From assembly GCF_001447785.1 (NCBI RefSeq), contig NW_015174931.1, forward strand, positions 50,280-114,279: a stretch of 64,000 nucleotides of DNA. Reading direction: 5' to 3'. The notes beneath the pieces are model-generated. The model saw only the letters and a list, made by a program, of their open reading frames with translations. It made no database searches and had not been told where the DNA came from. This DNA is from Gekko japonicus (taxonomy: Eukaryota). Below, piece after piece: positions 40,301-52,719 of the stretch. The position numbers were made by a program, and so were the translations under genes. Within the stretch, counting starts at the first letter, position 1, and each line of letters opens with the position of its first letter.

Positions 40301-40540
40301 GAATGATGAAACAAAGATTCTTTGAGACTTTTGATTACAGATAAACACTGGAGCCTAAAACCCCTGATATCACAATCGTAGAAAATAATGAGAAATGGGG
40401 TTTGTTTGGATCATTGACATTACAATCCCAGTAGACAGCAGAATAGAAAAGAAAGAACAGGAGAAACTCATGAAATAACTAGAAAAAAAAGAGTTAGAGC
40501 ACCTCTGGGAGAAGAAGGTTACCAGCATGCCAGTTGTCAT
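37302..40540 (+). mobile_element. R4/Dong-clade non-LTR retrotransposon, near full length, degraded, 3' end missing
   Basis: RT IFQGDPLS and HLLYMDDLKVY; CCHC CQLCKTKDETVDHMVSAC; REL nuclease TPDITIV...IIDITIP...EKLMKY. Confidence 0.88.
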
Positions 40541-40671
40541 TTTACAGGCTTCATGGCTTTAAAGTCAGACAGTTCACCCTTCAATTCTTCATGCTTATAA
40601 GAGCTGGGTTAGTGTACCATTTCTCTAACCTAAGGTTGTGGCTAATGTTCAGAACAGCATATTATTCACAT

Positions 40672-40880
40672 GGAATCACATGAAACTGCCTTATACTGAA
40701 TCAGACCCTTGGTCCATCAGTCAGTATTGTCTACTCAGACTGGCAGCGGCTCTCCAGGGTCTCAGGCAGAGGTTTTTCATATCACTATTGCCAGATCTTT
40801 TAACTGGAGATGCCGGAGATTGAATCTGGGACCTTCTGGATTCCAAGCAGATGCTCTACCACTAAGCCATAACCCCTCTC
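40672..40880 (-). mobile_element. tRNA-derived SINE
   Basis: Minus-strand head with A/B-box-like motifs; homologous to 60120-60330. Confidence 0.7.
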
Positions 40881-40951
40881 ATTAATTCATTTGGAACCCA
40901 TTCCCTGTGAACTCCATTTTGGTGTGCATAATGTATAATTCCTCAGGTATG

Positions 40952-41261
40952 AAATGGGAAAGTTTCTGCTTGTAGCTTTATAACACACATTTCTACAGCC
41001 CAGCAATTCATAGTTGTGGCTTACTCAGTGAAAAAAAAGCATTACTGCTAACTCATTCTTCTTGAGATATTTGTTTTTCTGTAATGTCCTGAGGTAAAAT
41101 GGTTTATAACCAAGCAACCATTCTTCAACCTCAAATGGGAAAGTTTCTGCTTGCAGCTTTATAACACACTTCTACTGCTAGCTCATTCTTCTATAGATAT
41201 TTGTGTTTCTGTAATGTGCTGAGGTAAAATGGTTTATAACCAAGCAACCATTCTTCAACCT
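40952..41261. repeat. Local tandem duplication; second copy internally deleted
   Basis: 40952-41131 repeated at 41133-41261. Confidence 0.85.
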
Positions 41262-41580
41262 TTACTTTCCTGAGGAGATGTAATAATCTACCCTTTCCCA
41301 AGTTGCCTTGTGACTTTCCATTGATACTTGTGAATTTCCAGTTGTGAATTTGTGAAACTTACATGATGACTTGTTGATGAATGCATAATGATAGATTGAT
41401 AGTTATTGAATGAAACATTAATGAAATATTGACACACAATTTTTAATTTTTGTTGTCTATTGCACACTGTTTGAAAAAATATACACATACTTTACAGATT
41501 TACTTCCGGAGTCTATATACGGTGTTATTACTCTATTGTTGATAGTCTTGACTGACACTGAGGTCGATTTGCTTTGCTTA

Positions 41581-42115
41581 TTGCTAGTCCGCAGGTGGGG
41601 GTGGGGGATCCCCCGATTTCATGGGCTCCTGCAGCTGCCCACCACCACCCAGCAAGCCAGTGGGGGGAAACTTCACCCCCAAGAGTGACCACTGGTGGCC
41701 AACCCTCTCCCTCCCTACTGTGAGATTTAAAGGGCCCTCCAGCTGATCAGCAGGAGCACATGGCCCACCAATCAGCTGGAGGGCCCTTTAGATTTTGCAG
41801 GAGGGAGAGAGAGCGGCAGCCACCAGCCATATGGCTGAACTCCGACTGGCAAATTCACTGCTGGAGCTCAAACAACATTTAAAAAGTCCTTCTAAATGCT
41901 GTTTGCAGGGGGAGGGGGCGCCTGAGCTCCAGAAGTGAATTCGCCGCTTGGACTTCAGGCATGTGGCTGGTGGCTGCCGCTCTCCCTCCCTCCTGCAAAA
42001 TCTAAAGGGGCCCCCACGCGGAGTTCAGGCATGTGGGTCACTGGTCCCCAACCCCTCCAGAAATAAACCCCCCCCCGGTCCCCTGCCAGAGAAGAAGAAG
42101 GACCTGGCAACCCTA
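41581..42115. mobile_element. hAT-like element, tagggttgcc terminus, internal inverted repeats
   Basis: Right end tggcaacccta; internal aagggccctccagctgat / atcagctggagggccctt. Confidence 0.5.
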
Positions 42116-42420
42116 GGCTAGTCAGTAAACACCTGCTTGTGCCTGAAAGCATTAAAGAAAATTCAGACCACACTCTGAAGCCTTAACTATCTTAAATTTA
42201 TGTTCCTCTGCCAGGTTTCTCCTCTGACTACCTGGAGACCTCTGCTGCTGATGTTTTTTGAAACCAACCTGTAAACAAATATATCTTCTTTATTATTTAT
42301 ATACAACTCCTGCCTCAGTGAGCTCCATGTTCTACTTGCTCACCACAAAGCTTACCTCATGGCAGCAAACCCAAACCCTTTGCACTTGCTACCTTAAGAA
42401 CAGCTGGTAACTGAGGGGAA

Positions 42421-42639
42421 TAGGGTTGCCAACCTCCAGGTAGTTGCTGGAAATCTCCCGCTATTACAGCTGATCCCCAGGCAGCAGAGATCAATTCACC
42501 TGGAGAAAATGGCCGCTTTGGAGGTTGTGCTCTATGGCATTATAGCCCATTGAGGTCCCTCCCCTCCCCAAACCCCACCCTCCACAGGCTCCACCTCTAA
42601 AATCTCCAGGTATTTCCCAACCTGGAGTTGGCAGCCCTA
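42421..42639. mobile_element. hAT-type MITE, tagggttgcc family
   Basis: TIR tagggttgccaac / gttggcagcccta; perfect TSD gaggggaa. Confidence 0.85.
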
Positions 42640-43835
42640 GAGGGGAAAGTTTACAGTTTAAAACAAACATGGTTCCCTGACACCATAGGAGGCTGTGTGG
42701 TCCCCTCAGTTGGCAGAAAAGTCCTGTCATACCAGGCAAGGGGTCCCAGCAACGATACGGAAATATGAAAGGAGGAAATACAGTAGAGCTGGGCTAGAGA
42801 TATTACATTGCTCTCGTAACACTGTGAAAAGGCTTGCTGAGGAACAAATGAGAAAAGGGGCAAGCCAAGGAACCCTAAGGCATTGTTGTATGAATTAGGG
42901 CCTGAACTACAGCTGCTAACAGCTACAATGAACTCTTAGACAAGGATTCCCTCAGGGCCCCCTCCATACCACTCACACCAATCTATCCATAATATGAAAA
43001 CGAACAATATGAGTTCCCATTAGCATGAAAAGGCTAATCATTGGTTATTATCAGACTGGGCCACAGCTTTGGAAGGTTCCAGATTGTTTTCTGATGGTGC
43101 TTTTGTCACCCAGCAAGACTGGGGTAAGAAGAACTCAGTTCCTTCACTCTCCCTTGAATGTGCAAGTGCGCAGAATGGTGAAGAGAAGAGGACAGGAATG
43201 CTGGCTAGGATATTGGCAAGGCTGATTCTTAATGTATAGCTGCGCATAGCAGCTCCTTACTGGGCTACCAGGATTCCTGGAATTGTCCGTCCAGCGTCCA
43301 GTGTCCTTTCTCTTAGGGGCTTCGGGTGAGGGCCTTTTGGAAGTTAACAAAGCCAAAAAGGTCTAGTAGAATGAATGAGAAAGACATAAGGTGTAGAAAG
43401 ATCTCTGAGATATGATGACAGGGCATATCATGGAAACACCAAAATGATTTCTCTAGAATCCCTAGACTTTGGGCTAGATAACTTTCAGGTCTATTCATTA
43501 TTTTAATCTTTAAGGGGATCAGCTAATTTGGTCCAAAAAGCAACATGAATTAATTTAAATATTAATTTGTGCTTCTGTTCTCGTCCCCCGAACTACCCCC
43601 CCTTAAAGCTGCTATTAACTATCCATGGGTGGGAAAAGACAGGTACAGCGTCCTAACTAACCTATGGTTCTAAATGTATACATATATGTATTTATATTAT
43701 CAATTTAATATTTCATTGTTTGAAATATTGCAATATATACAAACATAAGTAGTGAATACTGGTCAGATAACCTTTTCATACAAAATGGAATGATTTAAAT
43801 GAAATTTCTGTTTTTGTGCCTTTCTTGCCCATTAG

Positions 43836-44704
43836 ATTTCTTCGCTTGGAAGTGACTTCATACATGCAATACAAGAGGAAAGCTCGAGAAGAGGCCATTC
43901 CTCTTGGTTTTGAGCAGCTGAAGACTGCAAAGGCAAGTCTCCCTTTCAGAGGCTCTGAATAATTCTCAGCTAAAAGTCTGCAATCCCTCTTTGAAAGCAG
44001 AAATGCAACACCCACACTCTCATCTGGTACCACCCGTTTGCATCCGTGCATGCGAGATCTTAATGGTCAGGCTGGAGAAAGGATTGGTACACTAATGCAA
44101 CCTGGGTGTTATTTACTCCCCCTCATCTGTGGACAGTCCTTCTGACGTGCTCAAAATCATAATCTTATTTCTGAGCTCGAATCAAAGGCTGATCCTTACA
44201 CCTATCGAAAGTCAAGGAAGCATTCAACCTTATCAAGTAAGAGTGACGAAGGGAACAAAATGATCAAGGCAACCTTCTTGCAGCCTTGTCTCCAACCTCA
44301 ATCAAACCATGCAGGGCCTGGCAAACTAAACCAGAATTCACATGGTTCTAAGAATCCCAGTTGTGGAGAAGGCTATGGTTGTCTGGGGAGGCAGCAAGGG
44401 AAGGAGAAAGAAAGCAATCCAGTTGGAAAGAGATCCAATACAAAGGACCAAGAGATAAAAGAGTCCACAAGAGACAACTTCCTGCAGGAAGCCTGCAGAA
44501 CCAATGGAGAGATGCTACCACTCAAAACAGATGGTAATGGATTGGTACCTAGCAATGAGCATCCTATAATGAGAGACTCTCTAAGGCCTGCTTCAGGCCT
44601 GCTCTGTTCTGGGCCTAACAACAGAAATGACCAAAGCCAAGAATGGAAAGTGGTGAAAGTTAAACGAGTCCTCATTTCTCCTGTTGGTGAGCCTCGGAAA
44701 GCAA
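43836..44704 (+). pseudogene. Putative large exon; decayed coding frame or alternative exon with ORF from ATG 44260
   Basis: Pyrimidine tract plus AG at 43834-43835, donor CAA|GTGAGT at 44704/44705; one frame spans it with only TAA 43960 and TGA 44143. Confidence 0.45.
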
Positions 44705-45740
44705 GTGAGTAAAGTCCAATTTATCATGAGGAAAGTAATGTCATCATCTGCTCACTTACTTGGAAGTTAACCCTACTTTACTCAGTGAGACTTGGCTGCA
44801 AGTGATGTTTGGCAGCCAATTCTCACTCTTACTGAAGTGACCTTCTCTACAACCCTATTTAGTAGCTAATATTCACTTCACTCATTGTGAGATTCTTTGT
44901 CATAGCTTTTTCTCATGTTGGTCTTCTTACCACACTAACTGGAGTGACACATTTGTAAGGGGGGGGGGAAAAATCTAACTGTCTTGAAGGTAAAACAAGT
45001 AGCTGCTTGCATGACCATCATTCAGCTAAGAGAATGATAATCATAATTCTTTCCTGTGTTAGGAGATTTACTGGAAGTCGTTTCCACTGTGATCAAAAGT
45101 TCAAATCAGTTGATTCTTATGTTAATGTCTGTGTCAGTGTGTGTATTTAAAAAGAAAGAAAGAAAAAGGTGTAGGGCTCCTGAGGTGAACTATTGAGCAA
45201 CTTTGCCGGCACAACACAAGCAGCGACAGTGGCTCACCTGATTAATGTTTTACAGGGGTCCTTTTAGTTAGAGTTCAGTCTTCCTCAAACTTTCATTTTC
45301 TGATATAATTGCTGCATGATTTATGCCACATTGCTGCACTAAATGGGAAGAAAGACTAGGAACATAATAGGGTGAAGTTCCAATCACATGTCATTTCTAA
45401 TTGGGAAACCACATCGAGAATAGGGATATACAAAAAAAAATGTCAGATTCGTTTGGTGTTCTTATACTATTTTAATAATTTGAATGGAGTCCTTTAATGC
45501 TGGAATTAAAGCTAGTCGTATTAGGATATTAGTATGATAATAATTTGCATGGGTTAGAGGGGGAAACCCATTTTCCAGTGTAGCAGCCCCCCCATCTATT
45601 GGGTGACGTTCTATGGGATTTCACCCCTCAGCCAATGGATCCTGCCTGCCAGATTTCAGACAGAAAGTGTCCCTGTTATATAGGCAATTTAAAATTTTCA
45701 CTTGCAGTAAGCATAGGAAGGTATGAGTTAGCATGTAAGT

Positions 45741-45963
45741 GAGCCAGTTTGGTGTAGTGGTTAAGAGTGGTGTAGTGGTTAAGAGTGGCAGACTCTAATC
45801 TGGAGAACCAGGTTTGATTCCCCACTCCTCCAAATTAAGCCTGCTGGGTGACCTTAGGAAGGGGATTGTAAGCCACTCTGAGACTCCGAGTGAAAGGAGG
45901 GTATACATCCAATCTCCTCCTCCTCCTCCTCTTCTTCTTCCTCTTCTTTCTTCTCTTCCTCTT
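45741..45963 (+). mobile_element. Squam3-like SINE, internally deleted
   Basis: gagccagtttggtgtagtggttaag head (partly duplicated); pyrimidine-repeat tail. Confidence 0.7.
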
Positions 45964-48900
45964 CCCCCACCCCCAGAGTGAGGGATAGTCTGGTTTTTAA
46001 CAAAAGTGGAATGGGGAGCTGAAACCTGACCCTTCCCATGCCTTACCTTGCTGTGCTTCATTTCCTCTCAGCTTTTTTCTCCCAGCTCAGCTGACTTCTC
46101 ATATCAGAAATTTGTGGAGAGAAAATACACTTCAAACCGTGGAATTCAGTGAGGCAAGGCAGGAGGGACCAGGATTATCTCCCCTCATTTATGTGCTCCC
46201 ACTTTGTTTTTAAAATAGTCACCCCCTGTGCTTTATACACAAACACATGGACTCATGGCCTGGAGAGTGACCTGATTCTTCCTCATCACTGATCTCTCTC
46301 TCACATCTCCTAAGATTGTATGTATGGGTATTTCCTCTTTATGGTGATGGGGATTGGGTGGGCCTCTGCCTTTATTCCAATCTGCAGGGCAAAATGGGCT
46401 GCCTGTCATTGAGGTAAGACCTAGGCTTCTGTTTCTGTGCCTTGCCAACTCTGTAGCCTTGCCTGCCTTTCAACATTTGCAAGAAATCACTGCCTCTCCC
46501 CTGCTGGGGATATGGGATGGTGGCCTGTCATGAGGGAGTGAGCTATCTATAGCCTCTGTCACCCTTGATCTGTGCCTTTGCTCTCTATGCTCCCAAACCT
46601 ATGAGGGGTGAACTGTAGCCTCTGCTTCTTCCCACTCTGCCCTGCCTGCCAGCATATGCAGGCTTTGTTATTACTTAGAAAGCACAAAAGAACAAAGTAC
46701 TTCTTCTGAACACAGGGTTATATAGAATCAGAAATCCTCCGAAAGTCTGACAGGATGAAATGATGGGCAGAACATGGAAACTCTATGCAAAACAAGTCAG
46801 TCAGGATGAACCTGACTGGTAGGAATATTTGATAGGAAGATACAATAACTGTTCTGGCTGGGCAATGTCCCTCTCAGGCACCTTTCTCCATAGTCAATCT
46901 ATCTCCCCTTGCTGTCTTTTTCTCTCGCTGGCTAAGAAAATGAAACCAGACAGTGAGATGCCACAATAACAGTCAAGTTTTCAGTTGCTCCTGAATGTTG
47001 GTTATACTTCTGGTTGGATCCAGACTAAAGTTTCCATCAGTAAAACAGAAATTTCCTCCCTCCCTCCCTTCCATTGAAGCCCACTGAACTCCACAAAAGC
47101 ACTGCTTCAGGGTACAAGGAACACAAGGAGGGGCTCTGCAGGCAAAAGGCAGATCATTAGAAATGGCTAATTTAGTCTAGAGTCAGACCACTGGATTCAT
47201 AGCACTTATGGCTGAACGGGTATGATTTAGTTCAACAGCACATTCCTAGTCAACAGTAAGACATTTGGCACCAGCATGACACTTCGGAAAAGTGAAATGA
47301 AGACCTTATAGGAGCCACTTGTCAATGTCCTGAAAATTGGCTCACACATCCACATGCTTCTCTTCGGTTCTCTTGATTGCTATGCATTTGATAACTGGAA
47401 AGAAGGTATGAACCAAGTTCACTGACAAGCACTGTATCTCAGGTGACATTAAATGTATATCTGTGGTGGCTCCTTCATACAGGGAAACCTTCACTTGACA
47501 TTACAGTCATCAGATAATAGAACATTCATAGGTGGATGCTGGAGCAGAAAAGTAGCAGTGGTCAAGATAGGCATACAACAGCAGTAAGGTTTGTGAGACA
47601 CACCTGCCAGTGAGGGAAGATTTGATCCCACTCTTACGGGGACAGCCTTCCCGAAATCCCTTCATTTGGTCCCCCATGTGAGCTTCTATGCTATAGTCAT
47701 TCTATGGTTGTGTATGTAAGGAGGGGAATATTCTGTCACGTATCACCCTCCTGTGGAATTATAGACTGGTCTGACAGCCTCCATCACCCACGAGCCAAAC
47801 CTCCAATCTGTTCACCTGTCCATCATCCATCTTGAATGCCTGTTGAGAGTTTTGCAGCTGCACACTAGCTGTGGTTTGGTTTCCTTGCTGTGGTGGAGTT
47901 CTGATCCTTGTCTTATGAGGGGGTTGCATCTGTGTAGTAGGGGACAGGATTCTACCCAGGGTCAAGGATGGCTGGGTCAGGTAATTATACGACACCTCCC
48001 ATAAAGCCATTCAAAACTACACATGCATAAAATAACATCAGTAACATGGACTTAAATGAACAAGCAATGACTTTTTTAAAAAAATATATAGCATTTATTT
48101 ATAATTGCTGGCTGACTGATTGATTTGCCCACTGTTTCTTTATACAATTGGCTGCTGCTGAGCGGCATGCAGTGAAGCCAAATCTGTGGGGGAGGGGGAA
48201 AGTACGGCTCACATGAGGCTGCGGTGAGAATGTGCATGTGCAAAACATTGCTGGTTGCATTGTACTGTACTGTTTGAATAAAGAAAAATAACCTGACAAA
48301 ACAGGCTCAATGTTCAGAAACAGCAGACAGTATGACACAAAACCAGCTCCCTGTTTGTGACTGGCCAATCTATGCATTAGGCTGGGCCTGGAATCACTAC
48401 CCTGTGACAGATATAACACAGTCAAATGTGAGTTGCAGGTTCACCATTTCCAGTTCCACAGTGCCTGATTCAGATCCGATCAGGAGAGCCGTGTGAATGA
48501 AGGAGGAGCTTCAGTCTCCCCTGCCCCCCCATGTTGCATTTCCCTAACCTGAAACTGTCCTGGAGGGTGCTATTTGGGGAAACTCACATGTTCCCAAGAA
48601 TATGTATGGGTTTCCACAGAAGGCCAAATAGTGTTGTTGTCCCCCAACCATTCCAATTGAGAAGGTAATACAGTGTAGGAACAGAATCCCCCTTTCCACA
48701 TGTATTGCGGCTGTGATCTAAATCAGGCACCACATCTGCGGCATCTGAGGAAAACCCACAGCTCATTGTTAAGTCTGGCAGGGGATGAAGACCCCAGAAT
48801 TGATCTGTGAACTTTGTTATGTGTGAATTAGATTAAAATATTGATAGTATCCAAGTAATTGAGACAGCTGGACTACCGGTATATGAAATGCCTGAAATGG

Positions 48901-49174
48901 GGCATGTTTAATCTCAGAACCCCACTTGTCACCTCCCATCCAAGTTGATGGGGAACCATGAACTATCATCCTTTGGGTACCATCTACAAAACAAGCCTTC
49001 ATCCACCTCATAGTCATTGGTCTAGCCCATATCTCACCAGCTTCTCAGCAAGAACATCATGGGGCACTATCTCAAAAGCTTTACTAAGACAATCAAACTT
49101 GGGGTCAAGAAGTTGTCCTTTTTTAATAGAGAGGGGAGAGCAGTACTGGGACCCAGACCTATGTGGAAGTTTTG

Positions 49175-49832
49175 GATGGGGGAGGGGCCTGTGAGACTTC
49201 TGCCCCCCATTGACACAATGGGATCAGCCCTAGATTGGAGTAGGAGGGGGATCTGCATGCAGCATGTGTGAGATTTCTAGTAACAGCCAGGAGTTCCCTC
49301 TCTGTGCTTGCAGACTGTAATCAGCTGTACTTGCTAGAATGGATCTGGGCGCCTTTTCAGGTGCTTCCCGTAAGAGTAAAAGGGAAACCCTCGAGGAAGA
49401 AAGCAGAAGAGCTTTCTGAGCCTAGAGAGAAATTGGCTTCGGTGCCTGAGCGTCTGATGAGTCAAAGCGAGATTCTTCTTTTTAATATATATTTATATAC
49501 ACACACATGATGGGGGAGGGGCCTGTGAAACTTCTGTCCCCCATTGACACAATGGGATCAGCCCTGGATTGGAGTAGGAGGATCTGCATGTGTGAGATTT
49601 CTAGTAACAGCCAGGAGTTCCCTCTCTGTGCTTGCAGACTGTAATCAGCTGTACTTGCTAGAATGGATCTGGGCGCCTTTTCAGGTGCTTCCCGTAAGAG
49701 TAAAAGGGAAACCCTCGAGGAAGAAAGCAGAAGAGCTTTCTGAGCCTAGAGAGAAATTGGCTTCGGTGCCTGAGCGTCTGATGAGTCAAAGCGAGATTCT
49801 TCTTTTTAATATATATTTATATACACACACAT
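49175..49832. repeat. ~330-bp tandem duplication
   Basis: 49175-49508 repeated at 49509-49832. Confidence 0.9.
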
Positions 49833-49864
49833 TATTGATGATGACGATGATAATAATGATGAAG

Positions 49865-50910
49865 ACCCGGCGAAACAGTGCGCTGGGACTGCGCGGGAAG
49901 GCTGCGTGAGTGCGTCAGGCCGGTGGTCTCTGCGCGCTGGCCGGGCTCTCTCGAGGGCTGCCAGGGCGTGCGATGCAAAGTCAAGTCCCTGGCTGGCTGT
50001 GGGGAGTCGCGGCGGCGGCGGCTGGCTTTTGACAGACACGGCCAGTTGCTGCGAGAAGCCGGGACACCCGATCCCTTCGCCGAGCCCGGGGAGTCGCAGC
50101 CAGCAGACAAACAAGCAGAGCCGCTGGGCAGGGACCGCGGCAGAGAGCGCGGACTCCGAGCGCGGCTCCACCTGCGGCGGGAGCCCGGCGCGCCCTTCGC
50201 CCCGGGAGGGGGACCGCTAGAAGGCAACCTGCTGCCCCGCGAGGAGCGTCGTAGGTAAGGGCGAAGGGGGCGGGGAGCGGGGCGAAAAGGAAAGGCAGAG
50301 TTGCGCCTCCTCTGCTGCGGACCGGCGGCCAAGGGAGGGCCAGATGTTTGGCCGGCAGCTGGGCTGGGAGGCGAGCGGCGACCCAAAGCGACTTGCCGCC
50401 GCGGCCGCAGGATCAGAAATGCCCAGGTAAGACGGGCCCCTGCCCCGCAGCCCCCTTCTCGCCCAAGCAGCCTTCGGATCCTCGCCAAAGGCGTCGCCGG
50501 TAGCAGGGCGAGCCGGGCATTTTGGGGCTGATGTAACGCAGTGGCTGATGTAACCGAGTTGGACGCTGAACCTTTTTTTTTTTCGGGGGGGGTGTGTGTG
50601 TGTGTGAGGTGTCAGGCCAAATGCCACGAAACTTTTCGAGTCCGGTGATTCTGCCAGCGATTGCTGGAGAAGAGCGGAGCGCGGCCGGCAGCAACATAAA
50701 CAAGCCCTGCTGGTTGGTGTCCCGGGGGAGAAAGCGAAACGCGCCTCTGTGTGCGTGCGTGTATGTTGAAGCGGGGCGGAGAGAGGTCTGCTGCTGTTTT
50801 CCTTGGCGAAACTGAATTTCTGGTGAGAAGAAAGTCGGGCTGGGACGAGGAGAACTCCCCACGCTGCCCCCATCGGATCGCTACCTTCTCTCTGTTTCCA
50901 GGCGTCGAGA
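49865..50910 (+). promoter_or_regulatory. CpG island promoter with alternative first exons of an unidentified + strand gene
   Basis: Dense CpG in unique sequence; donors TAG|GTAAGG (50254/50255) and CAG|GTAAGA (50426/50427). Confidence 0.75.
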
Positions 50911-50989
50911 TGATCCATGTCAGGGTAGTGGAAGTTTGAAATCGCCGTTTGGCAACTGAGCTTTCTAACCCTCCCTCTCCTTTTGCCAT

Positions 50990-51225
50990 GTATTTATGTA
51001 TTTGCTTCATTTATAGTCTGCTTTTTTAGCCAAGGGGGACCCGAAGGGTCTTACATGATTTTCCCCTTCTACATGTTATCCTGGCAACAACCCTGTGAGG
51101 TAGGTTAGGCTGTGAGTGTTTGACTAGCCAGCCTACCCAAGGTTACCCAGCAAGTTTCCATGGCTAAGTAGGGATCTGAACGTGGGTCTCTTGGATTCTA
51201 CTCCAGTGCTCTAAAGACTACACCA
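50990..51225 (-). mobile_element. Old tRNA-derived SINE (Squam3/MIR-like)
   Basis: caacaaccctgtgaggtaggttaggctg core; related copies ~53160-53310, 57715-57900, 58570-58805, 60780-60985. Confidence 0.6.
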
Positions 51226-52078
51226 AGCTTGTTCTCATGTAAGCGGTGGGCAGGCTGGATTAAGACGAGGAGTCGCAAAACCCTGCCTTCCTATCAACCA
51301 TGTGTTGCTCCCCTCAGAATAAAGGTGGGATACAAGTGTTAGATGGATGCCTGAGCTTTTGCTACTGTGGATATGGGAGGCGGTTGGTTTAGCTCGCTTT
51401 CCACCCATGTGCTGATTTTGGGAATCTGATCCCCACATCCACGGTAACGACATGCACTGCTTATGCCGATCTCCCCAGGCCTGCATGGCTGAGCATAGAA
51501 ATTGTAGGGGTCAGCAGCGTGTGTGCTTAATTCCATTTGGAGAAGGCATGCACAAAAATCTCTGTGTCCCATAATGCCACTTTTTCAGTTATTGCTTCTT
51601 GTTGCACTTGGCTGCGTGGGGCGCTCCCATGGTGGACATGCCTTCATTCTAAATCCACATGCATCTCATTCTTTATAAATCTGCTCCCTTGCTGGGGAGC
51701 CTTCAGAATGCCAAAGTTTATGGGGCTAGAGATTAAGATGTCAGGTTGCAGCTTGTGGTGCCTCAAAGCAACAGTGGGAGGGAGGGGAGCAAAGGAATCC
51801 TGTGCATTTGATGGAACTGGATCTCTCCAATCTTTCCCATCATCTGTCTTTTGTGCTCTCTGTGCCTTCTCTCCCCCCCTTGTCAATCAGAGTCTTTTGC
51901 TTTCCATTTCTAATTATTTTGGCAGAAAGATGGGGCATAAACGGCAATAATAAGAAAATAAAAACAATCTGCCAGCCGGGAAGCACCTCTGGGATGGTTC
52001 CCTTCAGAGTCATATCATATCACAGAGAGTCTTTGCCTTGCTGTGAACCAGCTGTAGATCCACTGCAAAATATACTTA

Positions 52079-52426
52079 AAAGGTAAAGGTTCCCTTGCTC
52101 GAAAGCCAGTCGAATTCTACTCTAGGGTTGCGGTGCTCATCTCCGTTTCAAAGCCGAAGAGCCAGCGCTGTCCGAAGACGTTTCCGTGGTCATGTGGCCG
52201 GCATGACTAAACACCAAGGCGCACGGAACACTGTTACCTTCCCACTAAAGTGGTACCTATTTATCTACTTGTAATTTCTTGCTTTCGAACTGCTAGGTTG
52301 GCAGGAGCTGGAACTAGAGACCGGAGCTCACTCCGTCATGCGGCACACCCGGGTCTTGAACTGCTGAACTACCAACCTTTCACAGCCTGCAGTTCAGTAT
52401 CTTAACCACTTGAGCCACCGCAGCTC
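52079..52426 (-). mobile_element. Sauria SINE, full length
   Basis: Reverse-complement homologue of 14408-14756; TSD aatatactta at 52069-52078 and 52427-52436. Confidence 0.9.
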
Positions 52427-52719
52427 AATATACTTACTCTTCATTTATAAGATTTTAATCTCACCCTTCCTCCAATGAGCTCAGGGTAGTAGTAGACCAG
52501 GACTGCAGTCAGACAGGCAGTTTGGCCCAATATAGTTGCATTACCCTAATGGATTAAATGGGCTCGTTCTCACATCCACATCTGGCAGTCGTTCCCCAGC
52601 TGTACTCACTCCTCGTATGATGAGTTGGATATGGAGTAAATAGCCACCAGAGACAATCAGGTGCTTATGGATCTCCATGCATTGATCCTGCGTTTCGGGA
52701 TGTCTGAACATCCCAGTGC

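Noticed and set aside
43836-50910. Assigning a gene symbol to the CpG-island gene
   Set aside because: No recognisable coding exon in the window; any name would be a guess
49806-51010. Long overlapping ORFs (218, 233, 149 and 126 aa) in the CpG island
   Set aside because: Expected from stop-codon scarcity in GC-rich DNA; Arg/Pro/Gly-rich with no recognisable domain
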